DNA of 64,000 bases from Clostridiales bacterium (lineage in GTDB: Bacteria; Bacillota; Clostridia; Christensenellales; CAG-138): the NCBI GenBank assembly GCA_009779405.1, contig WREI01000002.1:3611-67610 (forward strand), read 5' to 3'. The position numbers were made by a program, and so were the translations under genes. How positions within the stretch are numbered: position 1 is the stretch's first letter; the number at the start of each line of letters is the position of its first letter. Positions 18,478 through 29,063 of this stretch are shown piece after piece. Under the pieces are notes generated by a model, which saw only the letters and a program-made list of their open reading frames with translations, was not told where the DNA came from and made no database searches.

Positions 18478-19082
18478 ACATCCTCCTCTTGAACGGTCTG
18501 CCGGAGGAATATGATGGGGCCGCGCTTTCTGCTGATTTTCGCAATATGATTCAAGTCGAGCAGGTGATGCGCGATGATGATTTAACAGACACGCAGAAAA
18601 TGATCGCCTCGCTGAATCTGCTGTACCCCGAAATTCCGGCGGACGCCGAAAAGGCGGTTAAGGGCTTGATATGGTTCTTCACGCGCGGGAAAGATGACGC
18701 GGAGGAAGATTCCAAAAACGGGAATAGCGCATCAAAATCATTTGATTTTGACCAGGACGCGGAGAAAATATTTGCTGCGTTTTATGCTACTTATGGGATT
18801 AGCCTGTCGACGATAGACTATCTGCACTGGTGGGAATTCATGGCCTTGTTAGAGGGTCTGCCCGAAAAAACGCTTATCAAGCGTGTAATGTATTGGCGCA
18901 CAGCGGATTTATCAAAGCTGCACAAAGAGGAGCGAAAGCATGTGCAGGCCATGCGCAGACTGTTCGCTCTCAAGCAGGCGAGTAAGAAGCTTGGCAGCAT
19001 TGAGGAGGTCAACAAGCGGACATTGGATCGCGTGGCGGACAGATTTGCGGCTGCGCAACGGGCATTGAAGAATAAAAAGTAA
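18474..19082 (+). CDS. Phage Gp15-family protein (second tail chaperone, gpT-like position)
   Basis: MNILLLNGLPEEYDGAALSADFRNMIQVEQVM.. resembles the Gp15 family; lies in the -1 frame relative to the upstream chaperone. Confidence 0.65.
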   Translation: MNILLLNGLPEEYDGAALSADFRNMIQVEQVMRDDDLTDTQKMIASLNLLYPEIPADAEKAVKGLIWFFTRGKDDAEEDSKNGNSASKSFDFDQDAEKIFAAFYATYGISLSTIDYLHWWEFMALLEGLPEKTLIKRVMYWRTADLSKLHKEERKHVQAMRRLFALKQASKKLGSIEEVNKRTLDRVADRFAAAQRALKNKK

Positions 19083-19100
19083 TCGGGAAGGGGGCCACAG

Positions 19101-22100
19101 ATGGCGTATGACGGCACTCTAAAATTTGATACCTCTATGGACGCCTCCGGCTTCCAGAAAGGCGCGGACGGCCTCGGTGGTATCGTTAAGGGCCTTGGCG
19201 TATTTAAGATACTCGAGAAGGGATTTCAAGCCGTTGCAGCTTCAATCGGCTCTGCTGTGCAGCGGTATGACGCGCTGAATAAGTTTCCTAAAGTGCTTGA
19301 GCAAATGGGCTTCTCCGCTAATCAAGCGCAATCTGCAACGAATAAACTTTCCGATGGCATACAGGGTCTCCCCACAACACTGGACGCCGTTATAAGCACT
19401 GCGCAGCGGTTAACGGTACTGACAGGCAATCTCGAGAAATCAACTGATACAACTCTCGCTTTGAATAATGCGTTTTTGGCCAGTGGAGCAAGCGCAGGGG
19501 ACGCAGAGCGTGGGTTAGAGCAATATATTTCAATGCTCAGCAGCGGGACAGTCACGATCCAAAGGTGGAGAACGTTGCAGGAGACGATGGGCTATTCCTT
19601 GCAAAAGGTCGCGGAGGCGTTTGGATATGCCGGTGACTCCGCCCAAAACGATCTATATGCGGCGCTGCAATCTGGAAAGATCACCATTGACCAGTTCAAT
19701 TCAAAAATCATTGAACTAAATAACGCCGTCGGTGGATTTGCAGAACTTGCAAAAACTTCCACAGGAGGTATCGGGACAGCATGGGCGAATATGAACACGG
19801 CCATCGTGCGTGGTACGGCGAGTATCATTACCTCGATTGACGCAGGGCTATCTACTACAAAGTTCCAAAGCATTGAAAATGCGATAAATAAAATGCGGGA
19901 TGGAATTAATGATGCGTTAAAAATTGTCGCTGATGGGTTTGGGGTTGTCGCTAAAAATGCGGATTGGCTTGTCCCATCCTTAGCAGCTGTGGGTGTTGTT
20001 GTAGGCGCGTGGAAAATAGGCTCTATACTTAGCACGATTTCAACGGGTTTTAAAGCCGCTTCAACTGTCGCCGCTTCGTACGGCAGTATTATGCGGATGG
20101 TTGCCGCGGCAGATGGGGATGCCGCAAAAATAAAAACCTTAATGGCCGTGGCTATGCGAAATGAAACGACAGCCGAGATCATAAGGACTCAAGCAAAAGC
20201 TGCCGGAATGACGGTTGATAAGGCTGGCAATCTGATTACAAAAGAAGGTGTAGCGGCCACCGCCGCAGAAACAGCCACAGTTCTGACCAATACGGGGGCT
20301 CTAACTGCAAAGCAAGTCATCGTGGGCGTTTTAACAGGCCAGATTAGCTTCGCGACGGCCGCACAGTGGGCGTGGAATGCCGCGATGGTAGCGAATCCGA
20401 TTGGTATTATTTTAGTTGCCGTAGTGGCTTTAATCGCGGTAATCGCATTACTCGTAATTAAACTTAATGAGCAAACGGAAGAAGAAAAGAAATTAGCGGA
20501 AGAAACAGAAAAACTTGCGAAAGCGCATGATGAGTTAATTTCCTCAATCGAAGCAAGCAAGGCGGCTTACGATTCTAATGTTAAAAGCATAGAAGCTAAC
20601 GCAGGCGCGGCACAGGTGTTTGTAGATAAAATCAGAGCGTTGATCACCATTGAAAATAGAGATGAGAAGCAAAAAATTGCACTTTCGGAAGCTGTAAAAG
20701 GGCTCAATAAGCTTGTTGAGAATTCCGGTATCGCATACAACGCGTTAACGGATACGCTTACCGGAAACATTAGCGCTGTGGATGACAGGATTGCTGCCAT
20801 AAAAAGGGAAGCCCGTGCGGAAGCCGCAAGAGAAAGAATGATCGAGCTCGCGAGGGAGCAAATTCAGCTCGATATACAACGCGCAGAGGAAGCGGAAAAT
20901 TCTGCTAAAAGAATTGCGGCGGCAGAAGAAAAACTCGCGGAAGCGCGGGCGGCAAATGAGCAAAATTCCCAGACTGGCTGGGCGCTATTGGCGCACGCAG
21001 AAAATAAATTGCTAAAAGTTCAGAACGAAATAAAAAAAAGCACAAAAGAGCTGGATGATGCGTATGCCGATCTCGGAAATCAAATGGACTTCCTAACCGG
21101 CTATGTCATTGACGAAACGATTGCGCAAAAAGAATTAGGGGATGAAGTCGAAAAAACATCAGCCAAATACGAAGCAGCTGCCGAAAAACAGACCTTACTT
21201 GCAGAGGCGAAAGCCGCGGCAGAAAAGAAATACGCCGAGGAAATGCTTATCGCGGCGTCCATCGTCAATATGACGATGGACGAGTTTGAGAATGCCGTAA
21301 AGCGCAACCAGAAAACAGTCGATGAATATTATGCCGCCGCAACTAACGCGTTTTCTAAACTTGGGAAAGACGTAAAGTACAACATGAAGGGTGTAATCGA
21401 AAATATAAATGACGGCGCGAAAAGGACTGTAGAATTTGGAAGCAGAATACAAGAGCTTGAAGGCAAAGTTCCCGAGAACTTCATCAATAAGCTGAAAGAT
21501 ATGGGTATATATTCTGCGGACGCGCGCGGGATGCTTGCGATGCTGGCAAATGCCACTCCCACAGAGTTAGCGAAGTTTAACGAAGCACTTGCCGACAGTG
21601 AAACAGCAATTGATGGTTTATTCGCGATGTTTTCTGATCCGGCAAACGCAAACCTCGGGTCTGATATGATGAATGAAATAGCCGCAGGAATTACCGGAAA
21701 TCCGGCAATTGATACGGCCTTGATAGAAGCCGTCAAAACGGCCAAGGAAAGAGCGTTGCCGGAGGCCCTTAGTGTAAGTGCTGATCTTGGCGCCGCAGTT
21801 GACGAGGGCACCGCCTTTGGAATAGAAAACAATGCGCATCTGATTTCCGAAGCATATGAGAAAATTTTAGGGATATGTAATGACGCCGGGAAAAAAGGCG
21901 CGCAGAAAAATGCCGAGGGGTATTCCGCGGGCATTCCTGCCGCGGCCAAGCAGGTTAAGGCAGATTCCACAACCATAGGAAATAACGCGGCGGACGGCTT
22001 AGGCAGCGCTTTGGATAAGCGAAAGCCAGAACTGCTTGCGAAAGCCAAGTCAATCGCCTCCGGTATTGCGGGCGCAATGAGAAACGCCTTGCAGATTTCT

Positions 22101-22463
22101 TCCCCCTCTCGCGTCCTAATGCGCATATTTGAGTGGGCTATGATGGGGCCTTACGTAGCAATGCAGGATATGTCCGGCAAGCTGTACAGGAAAGCTGAGG
22201 ACATTGCAGAGGGGATTGCGGAACATCTGTCCATAACGCCGGATATTGCGAGTAATTTGACTGCGAAACTCAGAGCAGTTGTAGAAATTGATCCTTTCGG
22301 CGCGCGCGCACATGCGCCTGTCGCGGCCATGGCCGGCGCGGGCGGAGTGACCTATGTCACGAATCTATATCAGACAAACAATTCGCCTGTACCCCTGTCT
22401 CCCGCAGAACTGACCCGTGAGGGGCAGGATATGCTGGATCGCTCGCACTGGCAACTGCCATAG
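19101..22463 (+). CDS. Tape measure protein
   Basis: 1120 aa, Ala-rich and coiled-coil with hydrophobic central segments; position. Confidence 0.9.
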   Translation: MAYDGTLKFDTSMDASGFQKGADGLGGIVKGLGVFKILEKGFQAVAASIGSAVQRYDALNKFPKVLEQMGFSANQAQSATNKLSDGIQGLPTTLDAVISTAQRLTVLTGNLEKSTDTTLALNNAFLASGASAGDAERGLEQYISMLSSGTVTIQRWRTLQETMGYSLQKVAEAFGYAGDSAQNDLYAALQSGKITIDQFNSKIIELNNAVGGFAELAKTSTGGIGTAWANMNTAIVRGTASIITSIDAGLSTTKFQSIENAINKMRDGINDALKIVADGFGVVAKNADWLVPSLAAVGVVVGAWKIGSILSTISTGFKAASTVAASYGSIMRMVAAADGDAAKIKTLMAVAMRNETTAEIIRTQAKAAGMTVDKAGNLITKEGVAATAAETATVLTNTGALTAKQVIVGVLTGQISFATAAQWAWNAAMVANPIGIILVAVVALIAVIALLVIKLNEQTEEEKKLAEETEKLAKAHDELISSIEASKAAYDSNVKSIEANAGAAQVFVDKIRALITIENRDEKQKIALSEAVKGLNKLVENSGIAYNALTDTLTGNISAVDDRIAAIKREARAEAARERMIELAREQIQLDIQRAEEAENSAKRIAAAEEKLAEARAANEQNSQTGWALLAHAENKLLKVQNEIKKSTKELDDAYADLGNQMDFLTGYVIDETIAQKELGDEVEKTSAKYEAAAEKQTLLAEAKAAAEKKYAEEMLIAASIVNMTMDEFENAVKRNQKTVDEYYAAATNAFSKLGKDVKYNMKGVIENINDGAKRTVEFGSRIQELEGKVPENFINKLKDMGIYSADARGMLAMLANATPTELAKFNEALADSETAIDGLFAMFSDPANANLGSDMMNEIAAGITGNPAIDTALIEAVKTAKERALPEALSVSADLGAAVDEGTAFGIENNAHLISEAYEKILGICNDAGKKGAQKNAEGYSAGIPAAAKQVKADSTTIGNNAADGLGSALDKRKPELLAKAKSIASGIAGAMRNALQISSPSRVLMRIFEWAMMGPYVAMQDMSGKLYRKAEDIAEGIAEHLSITPDIASNLTAKLRAVVEIDPFGARAHAPVAAMAGAGGVTYVTNLYQTNNSPVPLSPAELTREGQDMLDRSHWQLP

Positions 22464-22472
22464 GAGGTCGCC

Positions 22473-23351
22473 ATGAACGAACAAACAAGATTCAGCTATG
22501 AAACCGCCTACGGTAGATTGGATTTTGCGCCGGATAGCCCGTTTTGGATTTCCGATATTGATGGGATCAGCAGTGTGGATATATCTGTTTTCGATACACA
22601 AAGCAGCGGGCAAATCGGATCAAGCATAACCGGCCAGAGCGTGAAGCCGCGGCTTATACCAATTTCCGGTTCCATATTTGATCCCGTGATTGAAAATCGC
22701 GAAATACTGATCTCCGCGATTCCTCCAGAAATACCCGCTATTTTCACGGTATACCAAAACGGGAAAGCATGGTATTTGGACGTTGTACCGGAGAAAACAC
22801 CGGACATCCTTCCCGGAAACGGCGTACAGTTTTTCCAGTGCAGGCTGAAAGCCGCTTATCCTTATTTTCGATCTGTTGAGAAAAGTCATCAGCTTCTTTT
22901 CGGTCTCAAGGCTCTGTTTGAGTTTCCGTTCTATACGGGCGGCGAATGGTATATAAGTCAGCTTATCAGCGGATTCGCTTATGTGCAGAATGATAACAAC
23001 GTCGAGATACCGTTCAGAGTGGAGTTTACGGCCCGCGGTGAAACATCGAATCCGCAACTGTATAACGTTGATACCGGAAAAAGGCTGGCCATTCGGAAAT
23101 CAGCTATAGAACCATATGTTATGGTTGCAGGCGAGAGGATCATCATCTCCACAATATTCGGCGAGCGTGGCGTTATGATCATATCGCCGGAAGGAATCAT
23201 TACTAACGGGTTTAAGTATTTGGCGCTTGACAGTAATCTGACTATGCAAGTAAAGCCGGGTATAAACACATTTCAGGTCAGTGCTTCTGAGAATGATTTC
23301 AATCTCGACGCGCGCATCGATATACCGGTGGGGGTGCGATCCGGTGTTTGA
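22473..23351 (+). CDS. Distal tail protein (Dit, phage tail family)
   Basis: 292 aa directly after the TMP. Confidence 0.75.
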   Translation: MNEQTRFSYETAYGRLDFAPDSPFWISDIDGISSVDISVFDTQSSGQIGSSITGQSVKPRLIPISGSIFDPVIENREILISAIPPEIPAIFTVYQNGKAWYLDVVPEKTPDILPGNGVQFFQCRLKAAYPYFRSVEKSHQLLFGLKALFEFPFYTGGEWYISQLISGFAYVQNDNNVEIPFRVEFTARGETSNPQLYNVDTGKRLAIRKSAIEPYVMVAGERIIISTIFGERGVMIISPEGIITNGFKYLALDSNLTMQVKPGINTFQVSASENDFNLDARIDIPVGVRSGV

Positions 23352-24444
23352 TATTTACGTATTCGATATTGCCCGTGAACCACTCGGCTTGCTGGAACAC
23401 ATAGATTCCATCCAATGGCTGGAAAATTATCAGAGCGCCGGTGAAGTGAAAATAGTCGCGCGACCAACGGGAAAGAACCTCGTTATGTTAGCGGATGGAC
23501 ATCGACTGTTTAAAACTACCGGAGACACAGCAGCACGCGTTTGCGAAACAGAAACGAATAGAACAAAAGAAGGGCCACGCATAACCGCGCGGGCGCAAAT
23601 CACATCTATCCTACTCTCGGATCGCGTAGTTATGGCCACAGAAAACATAACGGACGCCGAGCAGGGTATGTATACGGCCTATGAGAACAATCGCAGGGGC
23701 TTGCCGGTGGAAATAGCCCCCGTCGATGGATACGGGCGCGCCGCGGTCATGGAGCGAACATGGGGCGATGTGCTCGGGTTGTGGGAAACTGTTGCTGGCG
23801 CGTCCGGCTTAGGTTTTAAGGTGCTATTCGACCCCGAAACGGGAATCGAAACGTCAAAGGTGTATTGCGGCATTGACCGATCCATTCACGGCAGCAATGA
23901 CTATATCGGTTACTTCGGGACGGATATTGGGAATGTGGAGAATCCCGAAATCGTGTCCGGCTCGTCCAATTACAAGAATGTAGCTGTCGTTGCGGGCGGC
24001 GGCGATGGCGCGGATAGATATGTTCGCGTTGTTTCGCTCGGACCCGTCACGGGAGAAAACCGCAGGGAGCTCTTTGTTGACGCGCGCGATTTGCAGCGCA
24101 CATATCAAGTAGCAACCGACACGGGTACGGTTGACGAAAATGGGAACCCGATCATCGACTACGAAACAAAGACCTATACGAATCAAGAATACGATGATCT
24201 GTTGGATGGCCGCGGATTTGCGAAGCTGGCGGAGCATATGCAAAATCTGTCTATAAAATGTAACATTCTGCAAAATGAAATTCGGTATGGCGTGGATTAC
24301 TTTTTAGGTGACAGGATGCCCGTTCGACTTGTGGAGTTCGGAATTACCGTATCCGCTGTCGTGTCATCCGCTCTGCATATACAGGAGAAAAGCGGCGAGA
24401 CAATAAAAATTACCCTAAGCGATTTTAAGATAATGGAGGTTTGA
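23344..24444 (+). CDS. Tail-associated (Tal-like / ReqiPepy6 Gp37-like) baseplate protein
   Basis: GTG at 23344 overlaps the Dit stop. ~366 aa following Dit. Family name is from memory of similar Clostridia prophage proteins. Confidence 0.55.
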   Translation: MFDIYVFDIAREPLGLLEHIDSIQWLENYQSAGEVKIVARPTGKNLVMLADGHRLFKTTGDTAARVCETETNRTKEGPRITARAQITSILLSDRVVMATENITDAEQGMYTAYENNRRGLPVEIAPVDGYGRAAVMERTWGDVLGLWETVAGASGLGFKVLFDPETGIETSKVYCGIDRSIHGSNDYIGYFGTDIGNVENPEIVSGSSNYKNVAVVAGGGDGADRYVRVVSLGPVTGENRRELFVDARDLQRTYQVATDTGTVDENGNPIIDYETKTYTNQEYDDLLDGRGFAKLAEHMQNLSIKCNILQNEIRYGVDYFLGDRMPVRLVEFGITVSAVVSSALHIQEKSGETIKITLSDFKIMEV

Positions 24445-24446
24445 AA

Positions 24447-25277
24447 ATGGCAGGTATTTGTTTTCCTCTCGATCTCACAAAATATGACGCAAAAGCGCTT
24501 GGCGCTTGGCTTTGTACGCGAACGCGGGGCGTATTCAGTGCAGATACTGATTTCAAAATTACGGCGGCTGGCGGCATGACAATCACGGTTGACGCTGGAA
24601 TTGCGTGGATGATGAAAGAACAGTTTTGGGGTACGGTTGTATGCGAACCCAACCTGCAATCGTTTGTCCTCGATGTTGCGGATGGCACGTTGAACCGCTT
24701 TGATGCTGTGTGCCTGCGCATTGATAAATATACGAACGACTATGAAACAATTATTAAGAGCGGCGGCCTAAGCAATAGCCCTGAAATACCGATGCCGATA
24801 CAAGATGACCCGTATTTTGAAGAAATTATCGTTGGCGCTGTACTCATTGAAGCGGGAACGATGACGGTTACGCAGGATAAGGTATTCGATACGCGGTTAG
24901 ATGAAACGCGGTGCGGCGTAATGCGGGATGGCGTTACGGGGATTCCTACACAAGGGCTACACGATTCTTGGAATGCGTGGTTTACAAGCATCAAAGAGAT
25001 AGTAGATGACGCTATCAATGCGGCATATGACGCCGCAGACGCGGCAAACAGCAACGACCTGGTTGTGCACAACGCAGACCCGACCGCACATCCCGACATA
25101 CGGCTGCAGATTGCGTATTTGGAGGGCATGAACAGTTATCTAAGTGCGCGAATAGCACTGCTTGAAGCAACCATTTCAAGCGGCGGCAATGCGTTTGTTG
25201 CAGACCTAATAGGCCTTACAAACGTAAATATTGATGACGGAACATGGATAATTGGCGCATTAAGCGCGCAGGGATAG
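24447..25277 (+). CDS. Tail fibre / baseplate protein
   Basis: ATG at 24447 after GGAGG; HNADPTAHPDI motif common in phage fibre proteins. Confidence 0.55.
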   Translation: MAGICFPLDLTKYDAKALGAWLCTRTRGVFSADTDFKITAAGGMTITVDAGIAWMMKEQFWGTVVCEPNLQSFVLDVADGTLNRFDAVCLRIDKYTNDYETIIKSGGLSNSPEIPMPIQDDPYFEEIIVGAVLIEAGTMTVTQDKVFDTRLDETRCGVMRDGVTGIPTQGLHDSWNAWFTSIKEIVDDAINAAYDAADAANSNDLVVHNADPTAHPDIRLQIAYLEGMNSYLSARIALLEATISSGGNAFVADLIGLTNVNIDDGTWIIGALSAQG

Positions 25278-25286
25278 GAGGAAAAA

Positions 25287-27458
25287 ATGGCACAATCAAT
25301 CGGTAATCTGCCTATTGGCGCAAAAGTTAAAGACACAAATACGAAATTCCTTGGCGCGACTATCGAGTGGAGTATAGCGGCTAAAAACCACGCCGGATAT
25401 CCGAACAACTCCGTCACTCTCTTGGCGGAGAAAGGGCTACGGGCGCAGGCGTATGACGCCGCCGAGCCGACAAACCCCGTATCGGCCTACCAAACGGACG
25501 GCAACGCTATCTATTCGCTATCGAATATACACCAGTGGTTGAATAAAAACGGAAGCCCTTGGTTTGTCAATCAACACACCTTTGACGCGCCTCCCAACAA
25601 AACAAACCCGTATGACAATATCGCAGGGTTCCCGTCGAATTTCTCCCCGCAGTTGCGCGCGGCGTTAATGCCCACAACGCTCAATGTATACGTTGCCGGT
25701 TCCACGCTGGGAAACATAATCGCGAGCGTGTTTTTGCCGAGCATCATTGAAGTTGGCGTCCCAATCAGCGCCAATCAAGAAACGGGCGCACAATACCCTA
25801 TATTCGCCAATGACGTCTCACGGCTGTGTTATCCTACCGCGCAAGCCGTAAGTGCAAATCAGCACACCTCCGGTCCTACCTCCACATCAGTCGCGCACCA
25901 ATGGATGCTGCGATCGATTCGCGGCACCGCATCTACATACGTTATATCAAAAAACGGCACACGCGACCAATACACGGGCAGCCAGGCGAACCAAATGTTT
26001 CGGCCCGGTATCAATATTCCGCTGACAACACTTGTGAGCGACACGCCCGACACTAACGGCTATTACACCATCGTTTGGAACTCCGCACCCACCACGCCGC
26101 CAAGCATAAACGTGCCGACAAACCTAATATCGGGGCAAAGCGTGCTAATTAGCTGGGGCGAGAGCACCGACCCGGACGGGGACACGCCAATAAGCTATTG
26201 GCTTGAATATTCTATCAACGGCGGTAGCTTTGCGAGTTTATTCAACGGTATGGACACATCTTACACTCACTTAATAGGTGCATGGAGTACCGTTCAATAC
26301 CGTGTTATGGCGGTGGATTCGTTTGGCAATCAAAGCAGTTGGCTGGCGAGCCCCGTGCGCACGGTATCGAACAATAACCCGCCAACGATAAGTGGGAGTG
26401 ATTCCGATTTGGGCGTGAAAACAGCGCCATTCTCGCAGACGTTTTCGGTTAATGATGTGAACGCAGGCGATACATTGACGGTTACAACGCAGCTAAACAG
26501 TATGATATTGCAGACGATACCGAACGCGATACGAAATAATGTATACAGCATAGACTTGACACCGATACAGTTTTATTCCCTTGCGAGCGGCGAACACACG
26601 CTAAAAATCACAGTATCAGACGGCGCAGCGACTGCAACACGCACATACACATTCACGCGCAATGTTCAATCTATACGGTTCAGCATATCCGAAGATACCG
26701 GCCTAAACAGAGCCGAAACGGTCCAGATAATGCTGGATACAACCGCTTCTAATGTCCTTATTGAAGCACGTAACAACGGCGCAGACCCCGCAGCCGTTTG
26801 GGAAACGGTAACAAACGGAGTTGCACACACGTTTGTCAACACGGAAAACGCCGCTATGAACTGGCGGCTTGACGTTCGAGTGACGGTAACGCCGCCAATC
26901 GGGCAGACAGTAACCGTAACAGGCATGAGCGGAATATACACCTTTGAATATACGGCGAACATTCCGACAAATACGCAGTATGTCACGGCCTATACGAACC
27001 TAACCCCCTCGGACGGATACTCCATCGAACCGGACAGCGCAATCGAGCTTGCCGTATCGAACTTCGGACGCGAATCTATAAACGCCGCCGCATATAGTTC
27101 CAGACACGCTATATTCTTGTACAGTTGGGCGATAAAATGCCCTCCGTGGTTGCAGATTCGGTCATTAAGCGGCTACGATACTTACACGCTTGGCGTTTTG
27201 TTTGGGGAATTCACGCAAACTGAACTTGACAATATGGAAAGCGAAGCCGACGCCTCGCAGAATTGGGAGCACTTTACCATCACATTTGACGGCGAGACTG
27301 TACGATTGACGGGCCGGAATAGCCTATCGTTTGTTCTGTTAGGCATGCACGGCGGTGGAAACGGGATAGATGCTGCATGCTATCTGTACAACCCAAAGAC
27401 CTTTACGACGCCCGCCGAAATCGACTTTATGGAACTGGTAAAAATTTATGTCGGATAA
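25287..27458 (+). CDS. Receptor-binding / tail fibre protein with fibronectin type III-like domain
   Basis: The segment PPSINVPTNLISGQSVLISWGESTDPDGDTPISYWLEYSINGGSF..VQYRVMAVDSFGNQSSW is FN3-like. Confidence 0.7.
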   Translation: MAQSIGNLPIGAKVKDTNTKFLGATIEWSIAAKNHAGYPNNSVTLLAEKGLRAQAYDAAEPTNPVSAYQTDGNAIYSLSNIHQWLNKNGSPWFVNQHTFDAPPNKTNPYDNIAGFPSNFSPQLRAALMPTTLNVYVAGSTLGNIIASVFLPSIIEVGVPISANQETGAQYPIFANDVSRLCYPTAQAVSANQHTSGPTSTSVAHQWMLRSIRGTASTYVISKNGTRDQYTGSQANQMFRPGINIPLTTLVSDTPDTNGYYTIVWNSAPTTPPSINVPTNLISGQSVLISWGESTDPDGDTPISYWLEYSINGGSFASLFNGMDTSYTHLIGAWSTVQYRVMAVDSFGNQSSWLASPVRTVSNNNPPTISGSDSDLGVKTAPFSQTFSVNDVNAGDTLTVTTQLNSMILQTIPNAIRNNVYSIDLTPIQFYSLASGEHTLKITVSDGAATATRTYTFTRNVQSIRFSISEDTGLNRAETVQIMLDTTASNVLIEARNNGADPAAVWETVTNGVAHTFVNTENAAMNWRLDVRVTVTPPIGQTVTVTGMSGIYTFEYTANIPTNTQYVTAYTNLTPSDGYSIEPDSAIELAVSNFGRESINAAAYSSRHAIFLYSWAIKCPPWLQIRSLSGYDTYTLGVLFGEFTQTELDNMESEADASQNWEHFTITFDGETVRLTGRNSLSFVLLGMHGGGNGIDAACYLYNPKTFTTPAEIDFMELVKIYVG

Positions 27459-27954
27459 GATATTGACGGGGAGCGCGGAGTTTTGGCCCGAACACGCAAA
27501 GGATACGGACTATATCATTTTCCGTGAACAGGACGAGGTTTTTCGCCACGAACGAGATCATACCGCAAGAGTATGCAATTTCTGCTATCGGGCAGGTCTA
27601 ACGAAAGAGGAGTATTTCGACTGGCACACCCGCTCGAACAACTGGTACCTGAATTTCGCGCCGCTCATAACGGCAGGATTCCTGGAGCGCATGGGGATAG
27701 ATATATTCGGAGAGGACAAGGACGCCGTCTATGCGATATTCCGCAAGGTTTTCGACTTCGTATACCGAAACCTCCCGCCCGAGCGCTGGAACAAATATGT
27801 GTACAGGGTGTATATCTACACTTGCTTTATGCGAAACGGCAAGCTGACTCTCACAAAGAAGCAGTTTGCCGCCGCGTTGGGGTTCAAGCAGCGGAAGATG
27901 ACGGATGCGGAAATCATCAAGGGAATGTATTCGTTCTTTGGTGCAGTATCATAA
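27448..27954 (+). CDS. Hypothetical protein with a Pol-beta-type nucleotidyltransferase-like N-terminal signature
   Basis: ILTGSAEFWPEHAKDTDYIIF (GS-x9-DxD); 11-nt overlap with the RBP gene. Confidence 0.4.
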   Translation: MSDKILTGSAEFWPEHAKDTDYIIFREQDEVFRHERDHTARVCNFCYRAGLTKEEYFDWHTRSNNWYLNFAPLITAGFLERMGIDIFGEDKDAVYAIFRKVFDFVYRNLPPERWNKYVYRVYIYTCFMRNGKLTLTKKQFAAALGFKQRKMTDAEIIKGMYSFFGAVS

Positions 27955-27964
27955 GGAGGACAAC

Positions 27965-28765
27965 ATGGCTAAAATCGGACACGCCGTTTGTGACGAAAAC
28001 GGACTGGCGCAGGGCGGGAAGCCCGGCAACCAAACGGGCCGGGAACTGCGCATTGCTGACTATTACACGAACACTAAGGGCTGGAACCTGATACGCGCAA
28101 AATCAGATGCGGTTGCTGTGCTATTGGCAAACGCCATGAAAGCCGCTTGTGGAAACTTGAATATCGGCTATTCGCAGTCCGATAGGGGCAGCTTGCAGGT
28201 CGAGGCAAAGAAGGTCAATTACGATCTTGCAGCTATTAAAACGCCGTGCAACTGCGACTGCTCGTCGTTGGTGCGTTGCTGCTGCTTTGCGGCCGGTCTT
28301 GCGCCGGGGTTGTTCAGCACGGCCAATCAAGTTAAGGTGCTGCTCGATACTGGCGCATTTGACTTGATAGCCGAACCGTGGGGCGAGAAGGATTTGCGCG
28401 TGGGCGATATCCTTGTCACTAAGACTAAGGGCCATACCGCCATCGTTGTAAGCGGCTCTGCGCCCACCGCGCCGCCACCGCCCACACCGGTAACACCACC
28501 CGCGCCCGGCACGATCGTCCTTACCAGACTGCTCAAATACGGCGTAAGCGGCGCAGACGTCATCGCGGTTAAGCGTCTGCTTATGGCAAAAGGCTTCGGT
28601 CTTAACCTTGCGACAGACGCGTACGGCAACCCGACCAACCCCAACTACGCAGGCGACACCCGCGACGCCGTGTGTCAGTTCCAAGCGCGTGTCCATCTCA
28701 AGCAGGACGGCATAGTCGGGCGAGATACCATAACCGCCCTGGGCGGGGATTGGGGGGGAAAATGA
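27965..28765 (+). CDS. Endolysin: NlpC/P60-like cysteine peptidase plus PG_binding_1 domain
   Basis: ATG at 27965 after AAGGAGGA. Has CNCDCSSLV ... KGHTAIVV (Cys/His). C-terminal LKYGVSGADVIAVKRLLMAKGF...DAVCQFQARVHLKQDGIVGRDT is a peptidoglycan-binding repeat. Confidence 0.8.
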   Translation: MAKIGHAVCDENGLAQGGKPGNQTGRELRIADYYTNTKGWNLIRAKSDAVAVLLANAMKAACGNLNIGYSQSDRGSLQVEAKKVNYDLAAIKTPCNCDCSSLVRCCCFAAGLAPGLFSTANQVKVLLDTGAFDLIAEPWGEKDLRVGDILVTKTKGHTAIVVSGSAPTAPPPPTPVTPPAPGTIVLTRLLKYGVSGADVIAVKRLLMAKGFGLNLATDAYGNPTNPNYAGDTRDAVCQFQARVHLKQDGIVGRDTITALGGDWGGK

Positions 28766-29061
28766 GTATGCTTATAACAGGCGAAATCATTGCACTTACC
28801 CTTTCGGCGCTGGCTGTTCTGTTTTCTATCATTACATTTGTGCGGACGAATAAAAAGGACACGAAATCCGACGGTGCTCATAGCGCGACTATCATAGCTA
28901 AGATAGATTTTGTCAGCACGAAGATTGGCGAAATGCAGGACACTCTCAAAGAGATAGAGGGGCGGGAAAGAAGGGACGCCGACCGCTTGACTGCGGCTGA
29001 AACAAAAATCCGCTCGATATTTTTCCGGCTAAACGCGCTTGACAAAAAGGGAGAAGCATAG
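28762..29061 (+). CDS. Membrane-anchored coiled-coil protein (lysis accessory, XhlA-like composition)
   Basis: ATGA overlap with the endolysin stop; N-terminal TM ITGEIIALTLSALAVLFSIITFV followed by a charged helix. Confidence 0.55.
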   Translation: MSMLITGEIIALTLSALAVLFSIITFVRTNKKDTKSDGAHSATIIAKIDFVSTKIGEMQDTLKEIEGRERRDADRLTAAETKIRSIFFRLNALDKKGEA

Positions 29062-29063
29062 TC

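Noticed and set aside
25287-27954. Diversity-generating retroelement targeting the receptor-binding protein
   Set aside because: No reverse transcriptase ORF lies anywhere in the window, and I could not see a template/variable repeat pair near the 3' end of the fibre gene.
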